Shown: one piece after another, positions 29,785 to 42,475 of the stretch | Numbering within the stretch: the first letter of the stretch is position 1 | Layout of the letters: every line of letters starts with the position of its first letter | From: Eledone cirrhosa | Taxonomy: Eukaryota | Length of the DNA: 64,000 nt | Assembly: GCA_964016885.1 (NCBI GenBank) | Contig: OZ024741.1 | Location: forward strand, 314,588,001 to 314,652,000 | Reading direction: 5' to 3' | Notes under the pieces: generated by a model | The model's database searches: none | Seen by the model: only the letters and a program-made list of their open reading frames with translations | What the model was told of the DNA's origin: nothing | Position numbers and translations under genes: made by a program

Positions 29785-31246
29785 AATGTTACAGTAAAAA
29801 GCAAGTGAGCTAATCCGGAGGAGACAAAAGTGAGTAGTTATGCAGATTTCTAGCCAGTATAGAAAAGGTTAATGTGCTCAATGCGAACCATGCGATTAAA
29901 TGTAATGAGAGATAGCTTAACAATTGTATAATAAGCAGAGTAAAAACCGTTTTTAAAATGCTGGAGGGAATAACAAAGATTTATGAATACATGTATATAT
30001 TTAATGGCTGACAAGCATGGCAGTGTAAAAACCTTATAACAGCCATTTTGTGTGGCTGCTATCACTTCCTTTCACTTCCAACCTTTTACTAACAATATTC
30101 CACATTTAAAGAAGTTTTTTTCACTTCGGTGATATAATTCAATTTATGAATTAATATGATATGAAGAATATTTTTGTAGGCTCTGATGGCTCTAGCTCCC
30201 ACATTTTGCCACCGATTTCGTTCAAATTTTAGAGCAAAATAGAATTTATCATTGCACATCCTGTAATGGCTTAATACTTTGCATTTGTTGTTCAGTGACG
30301 ACGTGGCAGCCGCTTATATTTTCAAAATATACCACTTTTAGACTCAAATTTCCACTTTTTCGGTGGGTGCCGCTGCTAGTATATATATAAATTTACAGTA
30401 TCGTGAGAGAGGATAGAGAGATGAGGTAAAAGGGAAACAATACAGAGGATTATTTGCCAAAAGCGGATGCAAATGTGCTCGATGCTTAGGTAAGCAAGGG
30501 TAAACATTAGAGGCGTTAATATTTAGTGTACAAAGTTAAGCAGAGCATTTATAATCGAAAATATTAATGAAACAGAAGCAAGCCGTTAAAACACATTTAT
30601 AAATAACCTAAAAACATTTGTATTAACATCATTATTTTAATTTTTATTTGTATTTAAATCATTTATTATCTTATATATACACACATTTCACCATTTGTAT
30701 TTGTATTTCTCCACTTAAACATATTTTATCTGGATCATTTTATCCTATAATATAATACATCTCGAACTAGCTATTTTACATAGTAATGTATATTCGTCCG
30801 TATGTTTATTTTCTATTCTTTCTTCTTCATATCCCAATATTCATGATTAATTTCTATCCACTTCTGCCTCCTCATCCCTCTTAATCTTCCTCTATTTCTT
30901 CTCATCTTCCTTACTTATCTTTCCTCTTTGCCTATGCTATATCCCCACCCCTTTTATCTGTCTATATATATCTTTAAGTACCAGTAATACACTGGGAAAT
31001 TGCTGGCCTTGTGCCTAACGTAGAAACAATTATTAATATTATATGTATTTTGATGTGATAGTTTGATTTCGTAACTTTGCCAGTTATACATTTAACTATA
31101 TCTTCGTTCCTTCTTTCGTCATTTTCTTTCTTTCTCTCTCATTTCCATCTTTACGCCTTCCTTTATTTATTTATCATTAATACTATTATTGATGTAGAAA
31201 TTTGAATTTTCAAGTTTACCGTTACGCATATATTTTATATTAGTTA

Positions 31247-31357
31247 ATAGTTTCTGATGAAATGATTGAATTTAGATGTATGGTAAATTGAGTTATACTG
31301 TCTCCAGTATTTAGCAATTTATAGACAATACTATCATGGAAACAATTGTAAGACTAT
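31247..31357 (+). ncRNA. Hammerhead copy in intron D (core intact)
   Basis: CTGATGA at 31254; GAAACAATTGTA followed by agactat. Confidence 0.72.
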
Positions 31358-31411
31358 AAATAAATATCCATGTTTGTACTGTCAACCATTTTATTCTTAA
31401 CTTTTTTATAC

Positions 31412-31470
<59 letters not shown>

Positions 31471-34184
31471 TCGCCGTATTTTGACTAAAGAAATTAAAGA
31501 AATTATTTAGCCTGATAATGGGGTTAAGAACCCTCGGAGAAATGGAAAAAGATGAGTATTGACATACATGGGAGTTGAACCCACATCTTTGGTTATCCGG
31601 ACCACTGTGAAACCATTTACACCAACATATCAAATAAATATAATATTAATCATATCGGGCTAAATAATTTCTTTAATTTCTTTCGTCAAAATACAGCGAT
31701 AGCTTACATTTCTAATAATTTCAAACCCACTCGCTGCTCCGAAATTATTCTTACTTGACATTACAGTCGCTAAGTTTATAGCTTCTAATTTGAATGGAAA
31801 AAGACGGGTGATGTGTTGGTGTAAATGGTAGCACAGTGGTCCGGATAACGAAAGATGTGGGTTCGACTCCCATGTACGTCAATACTCATCTTTTTCCAAT
31901 TTTCCGAGGGTTCTTAACTCCACTATCAGGCTAAATAATTTCTTTAATTTATTCAGTCAAAATACGGCGATAGCTTACATTTCTAATAATTTCACCCCCA
32001 CTCGCTGTTCCGAAAATATTCTTACTATAAATATATATATATATATATATATAATGAAGGTGTGATAATATACCAAGTGGAGTTCAGTTCTAGCTGTTAA
32101 AGTGAGCGGTCCTCAAACGTCGTACCCCTAACACTTTTCATATATATATATGAACTTACTCAAGACACCTGACGACAGAACTCCACCATAGTACAGAGAA
32201 TGGGACCCTGTCAAGAGGTTCTCCCTATCTAAAAAATCTAGATACAATGGCTTACACTTTGCTAAGTACCTCTCAAGCAGTCGTCGCACTATAAACGGAG
32301 AATCAATGGCACTCTTCTTCTCCTTCTTCTTCTTGCTAAAATGGTAGTGGGTGGGGGAACCATTCCTTCTAGTGGGTTTGTCAGAAGCAACCGTCTCCAA
32401 ATAATCCGGCTGGATCCCTAATCTAGACCAGATCTGCTCATGGATGTTATGCAACCATCTTGCACGGTCTCTCTCGCTGGGCTTCCTTCCGGGTGCGTTT
32501 ACCCGTAAAATCTTTGTATCGATTTTTTCGCGAGACATTTTAAACGCATGGATATAGTATCGTATCTGTAATCTCTCAATTCGGAGAAGAAGCGACACTC
32601 CCTGGAAGGAAACCAGATCTCCAAGCTACGCACCCTACTGAGTAACGTTACTGAAAATACCCTTTGGAGGAACCCTATTTCTGACGCTTGTATTCACGAT
32701 CATATTCGTTTGATCATTACCCAAGATTCATGACCATAATGCGTGTGTACACGAATACCATACTGAAGATAACCAGTTTGGATTTTTCACCTACATCCCT
32801 TCTTCCGCATTACAGCACCAGCTCCTGCAATCCTTGCGCACTTCATTCAGCCCCATGCGTTCCATCACTTGGTAACATTGCCTCAACATACTTGAATTTC
32901 TCCCCCTGTTTAAGTGGAACTCCATTCATATATAGATTTCACGGCACAAGGATACCTTGAGACGACGGGTGTCTCAGTTTTCGCACCATTGATTTTCACT
33001 CCAGCCATCCAAAACTCGACATCAAACCTACAGAGTGCAATTCGGTGATTTTCTTCTTCGGAGTTACGGAATACCGCGTCGTCTGAAAATTCTAGCCGAC
33101 TGATTTTACACTTGCCAGTTATGATACAACTTCTAGCCCGACTGCCCATGTCAATAATTTTCATATAAATAATGAACACGATAGATGAAAGACGCACTCC
33201 CAGATTGAATGGTTTCCATTTAGCACCATTTATCCAGTGGTAGCATAAATTCAAACGTCATCTTATCTACTTTGATTATCTCTCGAATTAATCATGCTAT
33301 AACATTTTCAACAAATTTCATAACATGGTCCATCAACTTGATACTTCCGTACTTATCTTCTCTAGTGCATCTTCATATTCCTTGTAGACAATGACGATAA
33401 CTTTGCTGCTCCAGTCATTGGGTATGACACCTTTCTTGTACTACTTGATTAACTATATGTCCGAGTAGCACATATCCTACAATGTCAGGTGCTTTTAGCC
33501 TCTCAACAAATATACCAGATGGTCCAGTGGCCTTCTCTAGATTCATGTCCCTAATTGCTTTATCTATCTCATTGCTGTCAACTTCTTAGCTGATCCCTTA
33601 GTCAGATATACATGTGGTAAGCCCTTACTGTCCCATTTATTCTCTTCGTTCAGTAGTCTCTCATAGTAAGTACTTCTTTTCGGTATAAGACAAGGTGGGT
33701 GTTCCACTGCCATTTCGACCATTTCACGATTTTCTCTAGCACATTCTCTAGCTCCCTCTGCCCTTGCTAGGTATACCTAATTAAACCTAGTTAAGGAGAT
33801 AATGGAGATAAGCGTGGGTAGGAAGACTTGACAAAAGAAAGACAGGCGTCAAGCTCTTCATGTTAGAAAGAAGTGGCGCAGATAGAATAATCAATGTAAC
33901 GGCCGTATAACTCAGGGGTAGGTGCAGTATACTGGGAGAAAATTTGATCTTCGTCGTAGCTGACGAACAAGTCGGCGTATTTCGTGCACATACAATTTAC
34001 CATGGCTATCCCAGTAATTTGTCGGTAATACTTCCTCGAAATTGTTGAGGTTGAGAACAACTGATTCTTTTATCACCACTTTAATCTTATAATTATTGAT
34101 ATGGTATATATAATTGATATCTCATTTATAACTGTATTTAATTAATGGTATATTCAACATTGTCATGTATATTGATATTTTCAG

Positions 34185-34319
34185 AATGCCCAGCAGGAAA
34201 GTATGGTGTGTCTTGTCGGTTGACATGCGATTGTTTCAACAACACTAAGTGTGATAAAGTAACTGGAAACTGTTCAGCTGGATGTGCTGCAGGTTTTATG
34301 GGTAGCAGCTGCGACGAAG
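34185..34319 (+). CDS. EGF-repeat exon 4 ([45 protein letters not shown])
   Basis: Same splice sites and 135-nt length; all 8 Cys intact. Confidence 0.85.
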
Positions 34320-34368
34320 GTATTTCTTAAAGATACTACGTATTTACAATATATATATATATATATAA

Positions 34369-34449
<81 letters not shown>

Positions 34450-34483
34450 TATATAATTGTTTCTACTTTGTTTCTACTTTAGG

Positions 34484-35032
34484 CGCCGTATTTTGACTAA
34501 AGAAATTAAAGACATTATTTAGCCTGATAGTGGGGTTAAGAACCCTCGGAGAAATGGAAAAAGATGAGTATTGACGTACATGGGAGTCGAAACCACATCT
34601 TTGGTTATCCGGACCACTATGAAACCATTTACACCAACACATCACCCGTCTTACCCTACTATCAGGCTAAATAATTTCTTTAATTTCTTTAGTCAAAATA
34701 CGGCGATAGCTAACATTTCTAATAATTTCAAACCCACTCGCTGTTTCGAAAATATTCTTACTTGACATTACAGTCGTTAAGTTTATAGCTTCTAATTTGA
34801 ATGGAAAAAGACGGGTGATGTGTTGGTGTAAATGGTAGCACAGTGGTCCGGATAACCAAAGATGTGGGTTCGACTCCCATGTACGTCAATACTCATATTT
34901 TTCCATTTCTCCGAGGGTTCTTAACCCCACTATCTGGCTAAATAATCTCTTTAATTTCTTTAGTGAAAATACGGCGATAGCTTACATTTCTAATAATTTC
35001 AAACCCACTCGCTGCTCCGAAAATATTCTTAC
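34484..35032. repeat. tRNA-derived repeat, best-preserved copy (cloverleaf at 34817-34888, unit period about 271 bp)
   Basis: 72-nt cloverleaf with GGTTCGACTCC and a T5 run just downstream; inverted copy at 34484-34652. Confidence 0.8.
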
Positions 35033-35793
35033 TATATATATATATATATACATATATATGTATATATAAATATATATATATATATATATACAAGTATATA
35101 AATATATATATATATGTACATGTATATCACGAAAGTAATCACCAAAGTAATTACCAAAGTAAACGTACGGAAAATATAAATAAACTGAAACAATCGGAGA
35201 CAACTTTGTCAACGCTGATGAAACCAATAACCTATACAACATGGATAAAAAAGAATCACCGAAATCATAAATATGGAGTTAAGAAGAAATATAAAAAAGA
35301 GACTTTAAAGGGAAATCTGGATGAGGCAATTGAAGACATGAATTAGATAGTAACCAGACGTCAGAAACGCGGATGACACTGAGGGTTACAAACCGAATTA
35401 CAACACTGATGTCACAGTCAGATAATATTGCAATTCAGGCCGGTCATTGAAGTAATAAACAAAATTCTAATTAGTGTCTTTGCCAACGGAAACTCTAATT
35501 AGATATAATAAGGACCTATGAACGGGAAAATATTGTTCGTACAGTTTCTATATTAGAATGGGATCCAGTGACTCAGAGGTGACCGATCACGTGAGATATG
35601 TGAAGAAGTGTTTTCTGGGTCTCAGCGGAGGATTATATCATGATGATGCCCTATGTATCCCACTCATACATAAACAGACAGATTAGCGAGGATGAAGAAG
35701 TAAATATCTTAAATTGTCAAGAACATAAGACAAGAAGTCGCAATCTACAGTAAACATTAAAAATCTGATACATCAATTCAATTCTTCGACATT

Positions 35794-35843
<50 letters not shown>

Positions 35844-36349
35844 ATTTTTTTTTATGGACGTTTTGCAAGCCTCAACAATGCAGATGGGTAAATCTCCGGG
35901 TAACAAAATCCGGTGGTGGAGAGAGATATGTAAGGGAAAGTAGAATGAGATGTACAGTGTGTAGTGGAACGTTGGAAGGATCGTAAAAAAAGAAAATAAC
36001 ACGGAAGAGATTTAATTGTCCCAATATTTCGGATGCGCATCCATCAACTGGAGAGTTTTCCGGGTGGAAAGTTATCTGTCGGAGAGGAACAGTATGTGGC
36101 CTCTGTTGTCCGCTGTTTGTTTGTAACTGAGGTATTCTGTAGAGCGCACTTGCGCGCGGAAGGGGTGCGGTCAAGCAAAGATCAAAGCACCTCCTTTTTT
36201 TATTGTGGGAGTGGGATAGCAATACACTGTATGGTTAATTAAAAGCATTTTGAAGACCTTGCGCTATTGTTTTAAAGTAGTGACTATGTCACTTACTTCT
36301 ATGCTTTTAATTAAGCATACAGTTTATTGCAAAATACACTATATATACA

Positions 36350-36418
<69 letters not shown>

Positions 36419-36544
36419 AAGGTGTGACAAGATACCAAGTGGTGTTCAGTTGTAGCTGCGAAAGTGAGCGGAGCTCAGACGTCGTACCCCTGACACTTTT
36501 CATATATATATATATATATATATATGAACATACTCAAGACCCCT

Positions 36545-37995
36545 GACGGCAGAGCTCAAGCTTTTCGATGGCCATTTCCATCGAAACGGCTTGAGCTCTG
36601 CCGTCGAGGTAATGAACATTTTCATATTACTCACTCTAAATAAGATCTATAGCCTACATAAAGCACTCTTTTTTTCTGTACCTTTCCGACGGAATTACTT
36701 CATTTATACAGCCCCAACCGCGAATGATCGAAGCATAATCTATATTACATATATGACTGGCACCTTCCAGCCCGATATGTTGAGCACTCTACAGTTTCAG
36801 GAAATTAACCAACATACACCATGGACGTTCATGAATTGGATTATTCTATCAAAAATATACCTACTCCTTCCAACACAACCTACACCAAAATGCTTATCGA
36901 TAAATTTGATCAAGTCATTAAAAGCATAAGATGGAAAGCCATGATTTACGATGGACAATTCTGTGCTGATTCCAATGACTTCTTTGACATTAAATCGCGC
37001 AAATACCCACCTAGAGTTAAAGACATGGTCAACTTCGAAATAGACCTAGGTAATTTGATTATTGAAATTAAATAACAAATAATTTTCAATCAAAACTCTC
37101 TAACGATATTTCTAATTTTAAACACTCTACAAATACTTTCGTTTTTTCTGATAAAACTAAAAACCTCTTTGAAGTAAATAATATTTCGTATAACCAACTT
37201 TTAACAGATAGCATTATCGCCAAATACGAAATAGCTAACATTAATACCTACAATACGATTAGCAATGAAGCTAAAGAACTAGCTAGTATTTTAAAAATAG
37301 ATACCCGGATTGAAAGCCTAGCTAAACGTAAAGTATATATTATCCTTAAAGACCATAAATCAGACATTACTAATCGACCTAGCTGTAGACTAATTAACCC
37401 TGCTAAATCTGAAGTTTGCCTTGCGAATAAAAAAATCTTAAGAAAAATAATACTTCAAATAAGAACTATGACTGACTTTTCACAATAGTTAAATACATCC
37501 TCTATTATTTCTTGGTTTACTAATATACAGAGGAAAAATGTGTGCGTGTGTGTGTGTGTTTGTGTGTATATACGTATATATGTGTGTTTATGTATAGATA
37601 TATGTGTATGTCTTTGTATATGTTTATTATATTTATATGGTTATTTGTAAGTGGTTACGTATATGTGTGTGTATGCGGCTGTATATATACTTTTCTATAT
37701 ATGGGTTATTATGTGTGTATGGATTTACGTATGTTTTTTTGTATGCGTGCTGATTGTATCACGTGCATGTGCGCGCGCACGCATTTGTTTACGTATGTAC
37801 GTAGGTTATGAACCTTTGCTCTTTATTGTACACCTTTACGTGTATGTATGTGGACATGTGTGTCTAATATGGTTCTATGCATGTTTTTTATATACGTGTG
37901 TATGTGTGTGCTTGTGTATGTGTTTATTTATTTATTTTTGCAAGAGCATGTGTATATGTGTGTGTACGTATGTTTATTTTATATATATATATATG

Positions 37996-38050
<55 letters not shown>

Positions 38051-38705
38051 GTACATGTATGTGTGTTTTTATACGTGTGTATGAGTATCTATGCGTGGAT
38101 ATATGTGTGTGTATGTATGTGTGTATTTATGTATATATATTTGTATATGCACATCTGGTGTATATGTTTAGTTTTAAGTTGTTTTTATTCCCCCTCCCTC
38201 CACACCCTCATACTTATCGCTGTTAACACGTCTCCCTTTTCACTATGTATATTTTGTATTCTTATTTATTTATTTATTTATTTATTACTTCATGTATATG
38301 TAACTGTATGTATTTATGTCCCTGTCTGTAAACGCTAATACGCTTATGTGATGAAGTATACATCGTACCTTTTAGGTATATGTGCGTGGTTTAGTCTGCC
38401 TGTTTACGTTCTGGATATTTATTTTTTTATATATATTTATATATTTTTTCTACTCTTCTTTTTGTCCGTTTGTTTGTCAGCCTCACTTTCATATTTCTTA
38501 CATACTTTTGTTTTGAAATCCATATTTAATAAAAACACCATTTTTTAAAATTCATTATGACGGAAAACAGATAACATATCTGCTTCCAAGAAAGCACTGG
38601 TAAATGAGATAATTATCTCATGTTTTTTATTACATAACTAATAAGCTCTGTAGCCTACATAGAGCATTCTTTTTTCCTGTACCTTTCCGACAGAATTACT
38701 TCATT
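36545..38705 (+). mobile_element. Degenerate PLE: 5' hairpin, N-terminal/RT-start ORF (36821-37540), compound microsatellite, and terminal direct repeat (36648-36705 ~ 38649-38705)
   Basis: YSIKNIP...IRWKA, FSDKTKNL, LKDHK, CRLINPAKSE; ~57-bp direct repeat. Confidence 0.75.
37540..38170. repeat. Degenerate (TG/TA)n compound microsatellite
   Basis: Visible TG/TA/TATG runs. Confidence 0.9.
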
Positions 38706-39046
38706 CATATATATATATATAACAATAATAATAACAATAATAATAATGATAATAATGATAATAATTATTTATTTATTGTTAAATGTAAGAATATCAGTGA
38801 TAAATAACGCTAAAACTGATAAGTAGGGTTGCATTTTCAATATATTTTAATGTAATGTGGCTAATTATATTGATTATATTCCATGTGGTTCCGGAACCTT
38901 ATATACAGATATAATCTGTCTGTATCATGTAGTGCATCGATCTTAAAATTATTGATATGGTATAAAATTGTATAGTTGTTATCTCATTTATATTTGTATG
39001 TACATAATGATATCTCCAACATTATTATCTATACTGATTATTTCAG

Positions 39047-39181
39047 CATGTAATCCCGGAACATTTGGTATCGATTGTAAAATGTCATGTAATTGTTGGG
39101 ACAACCTGCCCTGTGACAAGCGAACTGGAAGATGTCCAAGTTGGTGTGAAAGCGGTTTTATAGGCGAGGACTGCCAACAAG
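39047..39181 (+). CDS. Divergent EGF-repeat exon 5 (ACNPGTFGIDCKMSCNCWDNLPCDKRTGRCPSWCESGFIGEDCQQ)
   Basis: tttcag / G|gtattt boundaries, 135 nt, identical Cys spacing, homologous intron flanks. Confidence 0.85.
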
Positions 39182-39222
39182 GTATTTGCTAAAGATGCTA
39201 CGTATTTACTATATATATATAT

Positions 39223-39570
39223 TGTTATATTTGGGGAGAGTCATATTGTCATAATATTATTTAATTTATTTAAATAAATTAAATAAAAATGGTGTAGGCA
39301 TTACAATACAACGGGAGGAAACATAATAGTACCACTTATGATGTCACAGATGTGTGACGAAAATAAATTGATAGATTATATATACGTATATATATTTAAA
39401 TCTGTATTTTTAACCGTTGGTCAATCAATGATAAACATTGAGTGCCAGATAAATTAACTATGGAGATATAAAAGATACAGAACCGAAAACCAATCCAAAC
39501 AATATAGTACCTGTGTTCTATTATTATTTCTGGCAATATTATAACAATATGACCCTCCCCAAATATAACA
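39223..39570. mobile_element. MITE with 36-bp TIRs (TGT...ACA termini) and an ATAT 4-bp TSD, Ginger-like
   Basis: tgttatatttggggagagtcatattgtcataatatt versus the reverse complement of 39535-39570, 2 mismatches; atat on both sides. Confidence 0.8.
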
Positions 39571-39617
39571 ATATTTGTTTCAACACACGATTTCACATCA
39601 AAAACCTTGACAAACAA

Positions 39618-39618
<1 letters not shown>

Positions 39619-39701
<83 letters not shown>
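39619..39701. repeat. (TG)n microsatellite
   Basis: Perfect dinucleotide run. Confidence 0.95.
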
Positions 39702-39703
<2 letters not shown>

Positions 39704-39949
39704 TTGTCTCTGAGTGTTAAATTTGCTTGAAGCATTGTAAAATATGAATACCATTCATCAATAAAATATATCAATCACTACATACATAATCCCAAACACC
39801 GACAGGAACACACACTCGGATACGTGCGTGTGTCAGTTTGCGGGTTGTGTGTACAAATAAGCGTAACATTAATAAAAGAAACGTAACAATTAGAATTAAA
39901 CAAAGGGAAATCCACAATAGTGTGGAAACGTTCGATGTCTGTTCATCGA

Positions 39950-41600
39950 AAATTCCTATAAGCTTCATATCTCTATAAACTGATCTTTGGTTTCGTCTGA
40001 ATCTGTTATTAAGCACGTTTCTTTCATCTACCTTCTTCGTGTATCGGCGTTCTTTGCTGACAGCTCTCAACTCTTGTTTGAGGATGATCAGCTTATATTG
40101 AAGAGTTCTGGTTCTACTGTTACCAAACATCGTCTCTATTTTATTTTTCGGTCTTTGTTGGTGAGGAGTGAGGTTTTTTTTGTGTTTGTTTGCATGTAAG
40201 GAACATTTTCACATATAGTATGGTATTTCGTAGGACAGCAATCTCTTTTTCTACTTTAGTTATATATGATGGTACTTTTGTTGGTGTTTTCTTCTTGGTA
40301 ATATCTCTGCTGTCACCAAGATAATGCTTCACTGTCGTTGCTAAGGCATATAAACAGGCGTATATTCGCCAAAATGTTGGGGATTTTAGCCGTCGTAAAT
40401 ATTAATCCCCTATTTCCTCAATAACACGTCATTATTTGTTGTTTTTTCTATTAAATATTGTCTTTTTAATACGTTCAGCAAGAGAAATGTTTACACATAT
40501 ATTAATTTCTCTCTGGCAGATTTCGTCGAGGGAAATTTTCAATTGTTTATACTTTTGATTATTATCATTATCGATAGTATTTTCCACAACAGTCGAGGTA
40601 GACTCGGGTGGTACACGTGGTGTCAAATTTCTTCGATTATCATTAATATTTCTTCAATTCTTATTATTATCGATAGTGTTATAGGGCGGTGGATTGGCAG
40701 TATCGGTAGAGTGTCTAACGCCATGCATTGCAGCATAGAGTTATGGCCCTTTATGATCTGAGATCAAAGCCCACCGAGGTTAATTTTGCCTTTCATCCTT
40801 ACGGTGTCGATTAAATAGAGTACCAGTCACGCACTGGGGTCGATTTAATCGACTTCTCCCTCCTCCAAAATATGCTGGATTTGTGCCTGGATTGACAGTA
40901 TCAGTAGGGGGTCGGACGCCATGCTTTCCAGCATAGTTACGTCCCTTTACGATCTGAGTTCAAATACCGCCGAGGTTAACTTTGTCTTTCATCCTTACGG
41001 GGTCGGTAATATAAAGTACCAGTAATGCACTGGTGTATTGCTGGCCTTGTGCCAAAAGTAGAAACAATTATTTTCGATAGTGTTTTCCCCAGCCCTCGAG
41101 GTAGACTTAGATGGTACAAGTGTTGTCAAATTTCTTAGAAGTATAGTTGTTTCAAGGCGCTGTACGATCTGGCTACTAGGAAATCTAGTAGCATGGTGAC
41201 ATGTAGCACGTGTTGTTGATTCCATGTTTGTTGTGGGGGACTTACAATTATTAATATTTATCTTATTTTTACGTTCAACAGACGTCGTTTTTGCCGTAAT
41301 TGTTTCGCTGTGAAGTGATTTAGCTCTGGGTGTATTTCGTCGCAGTGTAACTTCATTCTGTTCATATAGTCAACGGAGGGATTGTTTTTTGCCATTTTAT
41401 AACATTTAAATAAATCATCATTAAGTTCGCAACTCCAAGAGAAATGCCATTTATAATCTCTGTTTCTTCTATAGCTACAACTTAATACATTCTGTTTACC
41501 TTTCTCGTTTTTCTTCGGTATTTCACTAAAGTTGTTGTTGTTGATGTTATGTTCAGACATGCTGTTTGTCGCAAATCCTTGTAAAAGGAATTATTTATTT
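39950..41600 (-). mobile_element. Degraded 5' part of an R4/Dong-like non-LTR element, interrupted by SINEs
   Basis: W..ELNDDLFKCY...YMNRMK..DEIHPEL..FTAKQLRQ and NNRFRRNQRSVYRDM resemble the N-terminal region of the element at 57248-61202. Confidence 0.55.
40683..41070 (+). mobile_element. Two adjacent SINE copies
   Basis: ggcagtatcggtagag...gagttcaaat..cgccgaggttaac...gtcgat..aaagtaccag...gctggccttgtgcc, repeated. Confidence 0.75.
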
Positions 41601-41774
41601 AGTCAGATATCTCTACGAATTCGAATAAAATATGTCTCCAGTGGATACATTTAGAAGAATATTCAGTTATTAAACATGACTGGTAGTTGTGGCATTACTG
41701 TAGGAGATAGTTTTCATCTTAAATTAAATGAATAGTCTCCCACACCAAACTATACGATTGATCGCGTTGACTGA

Positions 41775-41859
41775 GTATGTATGTATGTATGTATGTATGT
41801 ATGTATGTATGTATGTATGTATGTATGTATGTATGTATGTATGTATGTATGTATGTATG
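41775..41859. repeat. (TATG)n microsatellite
   Basis: Perfect tetranucleotide run. Confidence 0.95.
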
Positions 41860-42139
41860 TTCTTCTGGTTTCATAATTTCACAAATTTTTCCCAATAGAG
41901 AAAGAATCGGTTTCTAACATAGTTACAAGACCCTCTCATTGGAATTTACATAATATCAACTAGGTAGATATGTATGCATGTATGTGTAGGTATGGATGTT
42001 ATTTGATGTGTAGATGTGTATGATTTGAGTAGTATGTTGGCATATGCATACGCTTTGTATCTGTACATGTGTATATGCATTTATTAGATCCAACAGTTTT
42101 GGAATGATTTACATAATTTTACTGTTCCATTAATGGATG

Positions 42140-42475
42140 TTATTTGTAATATCCTAACTAGTTGTGTTCATTCTGTTTCTGTGAAGCCCAGCTTCTCAAG
42201 ATTTGTATTGAGGCAGTTCCTAGCATATCCCAGTGCCCCAATAATCACAGGCATACATCTGAAGGTATAGTCAGGGTGCAGTATCTACAGATTTCTCATA
42301 TACTTCTGCATAAATATTCTCCTTTTCGCTAATCTTTGATATTATATTGTCATCTGCTGGGCAGCTAACTTCCACTACTGTGCATGTCTTCTTTTCGCTG
42401 TCCCATATCATTATATCTGGTCTATTATGCCTGCAGTTTATTAGGGTTTTTACTGGAACATTCCTCTAGTACTCT
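42140..42475 (-). mobile_element. Restriction-like endonuclease (RLE) fragment of a non-LTR element
   Basis: Minus-strand HNRPDIMIWD....TVVEVSCP and IIGALG. Confidence 0.65.

Noticed and set aside
34817-34888. Functional tRNA gene (anticodon GGA)
   Set aside because: C33 and T37 instead of U33 and a purine, several G.U or mismatched pairs, short variable arm, and variable loops among copies
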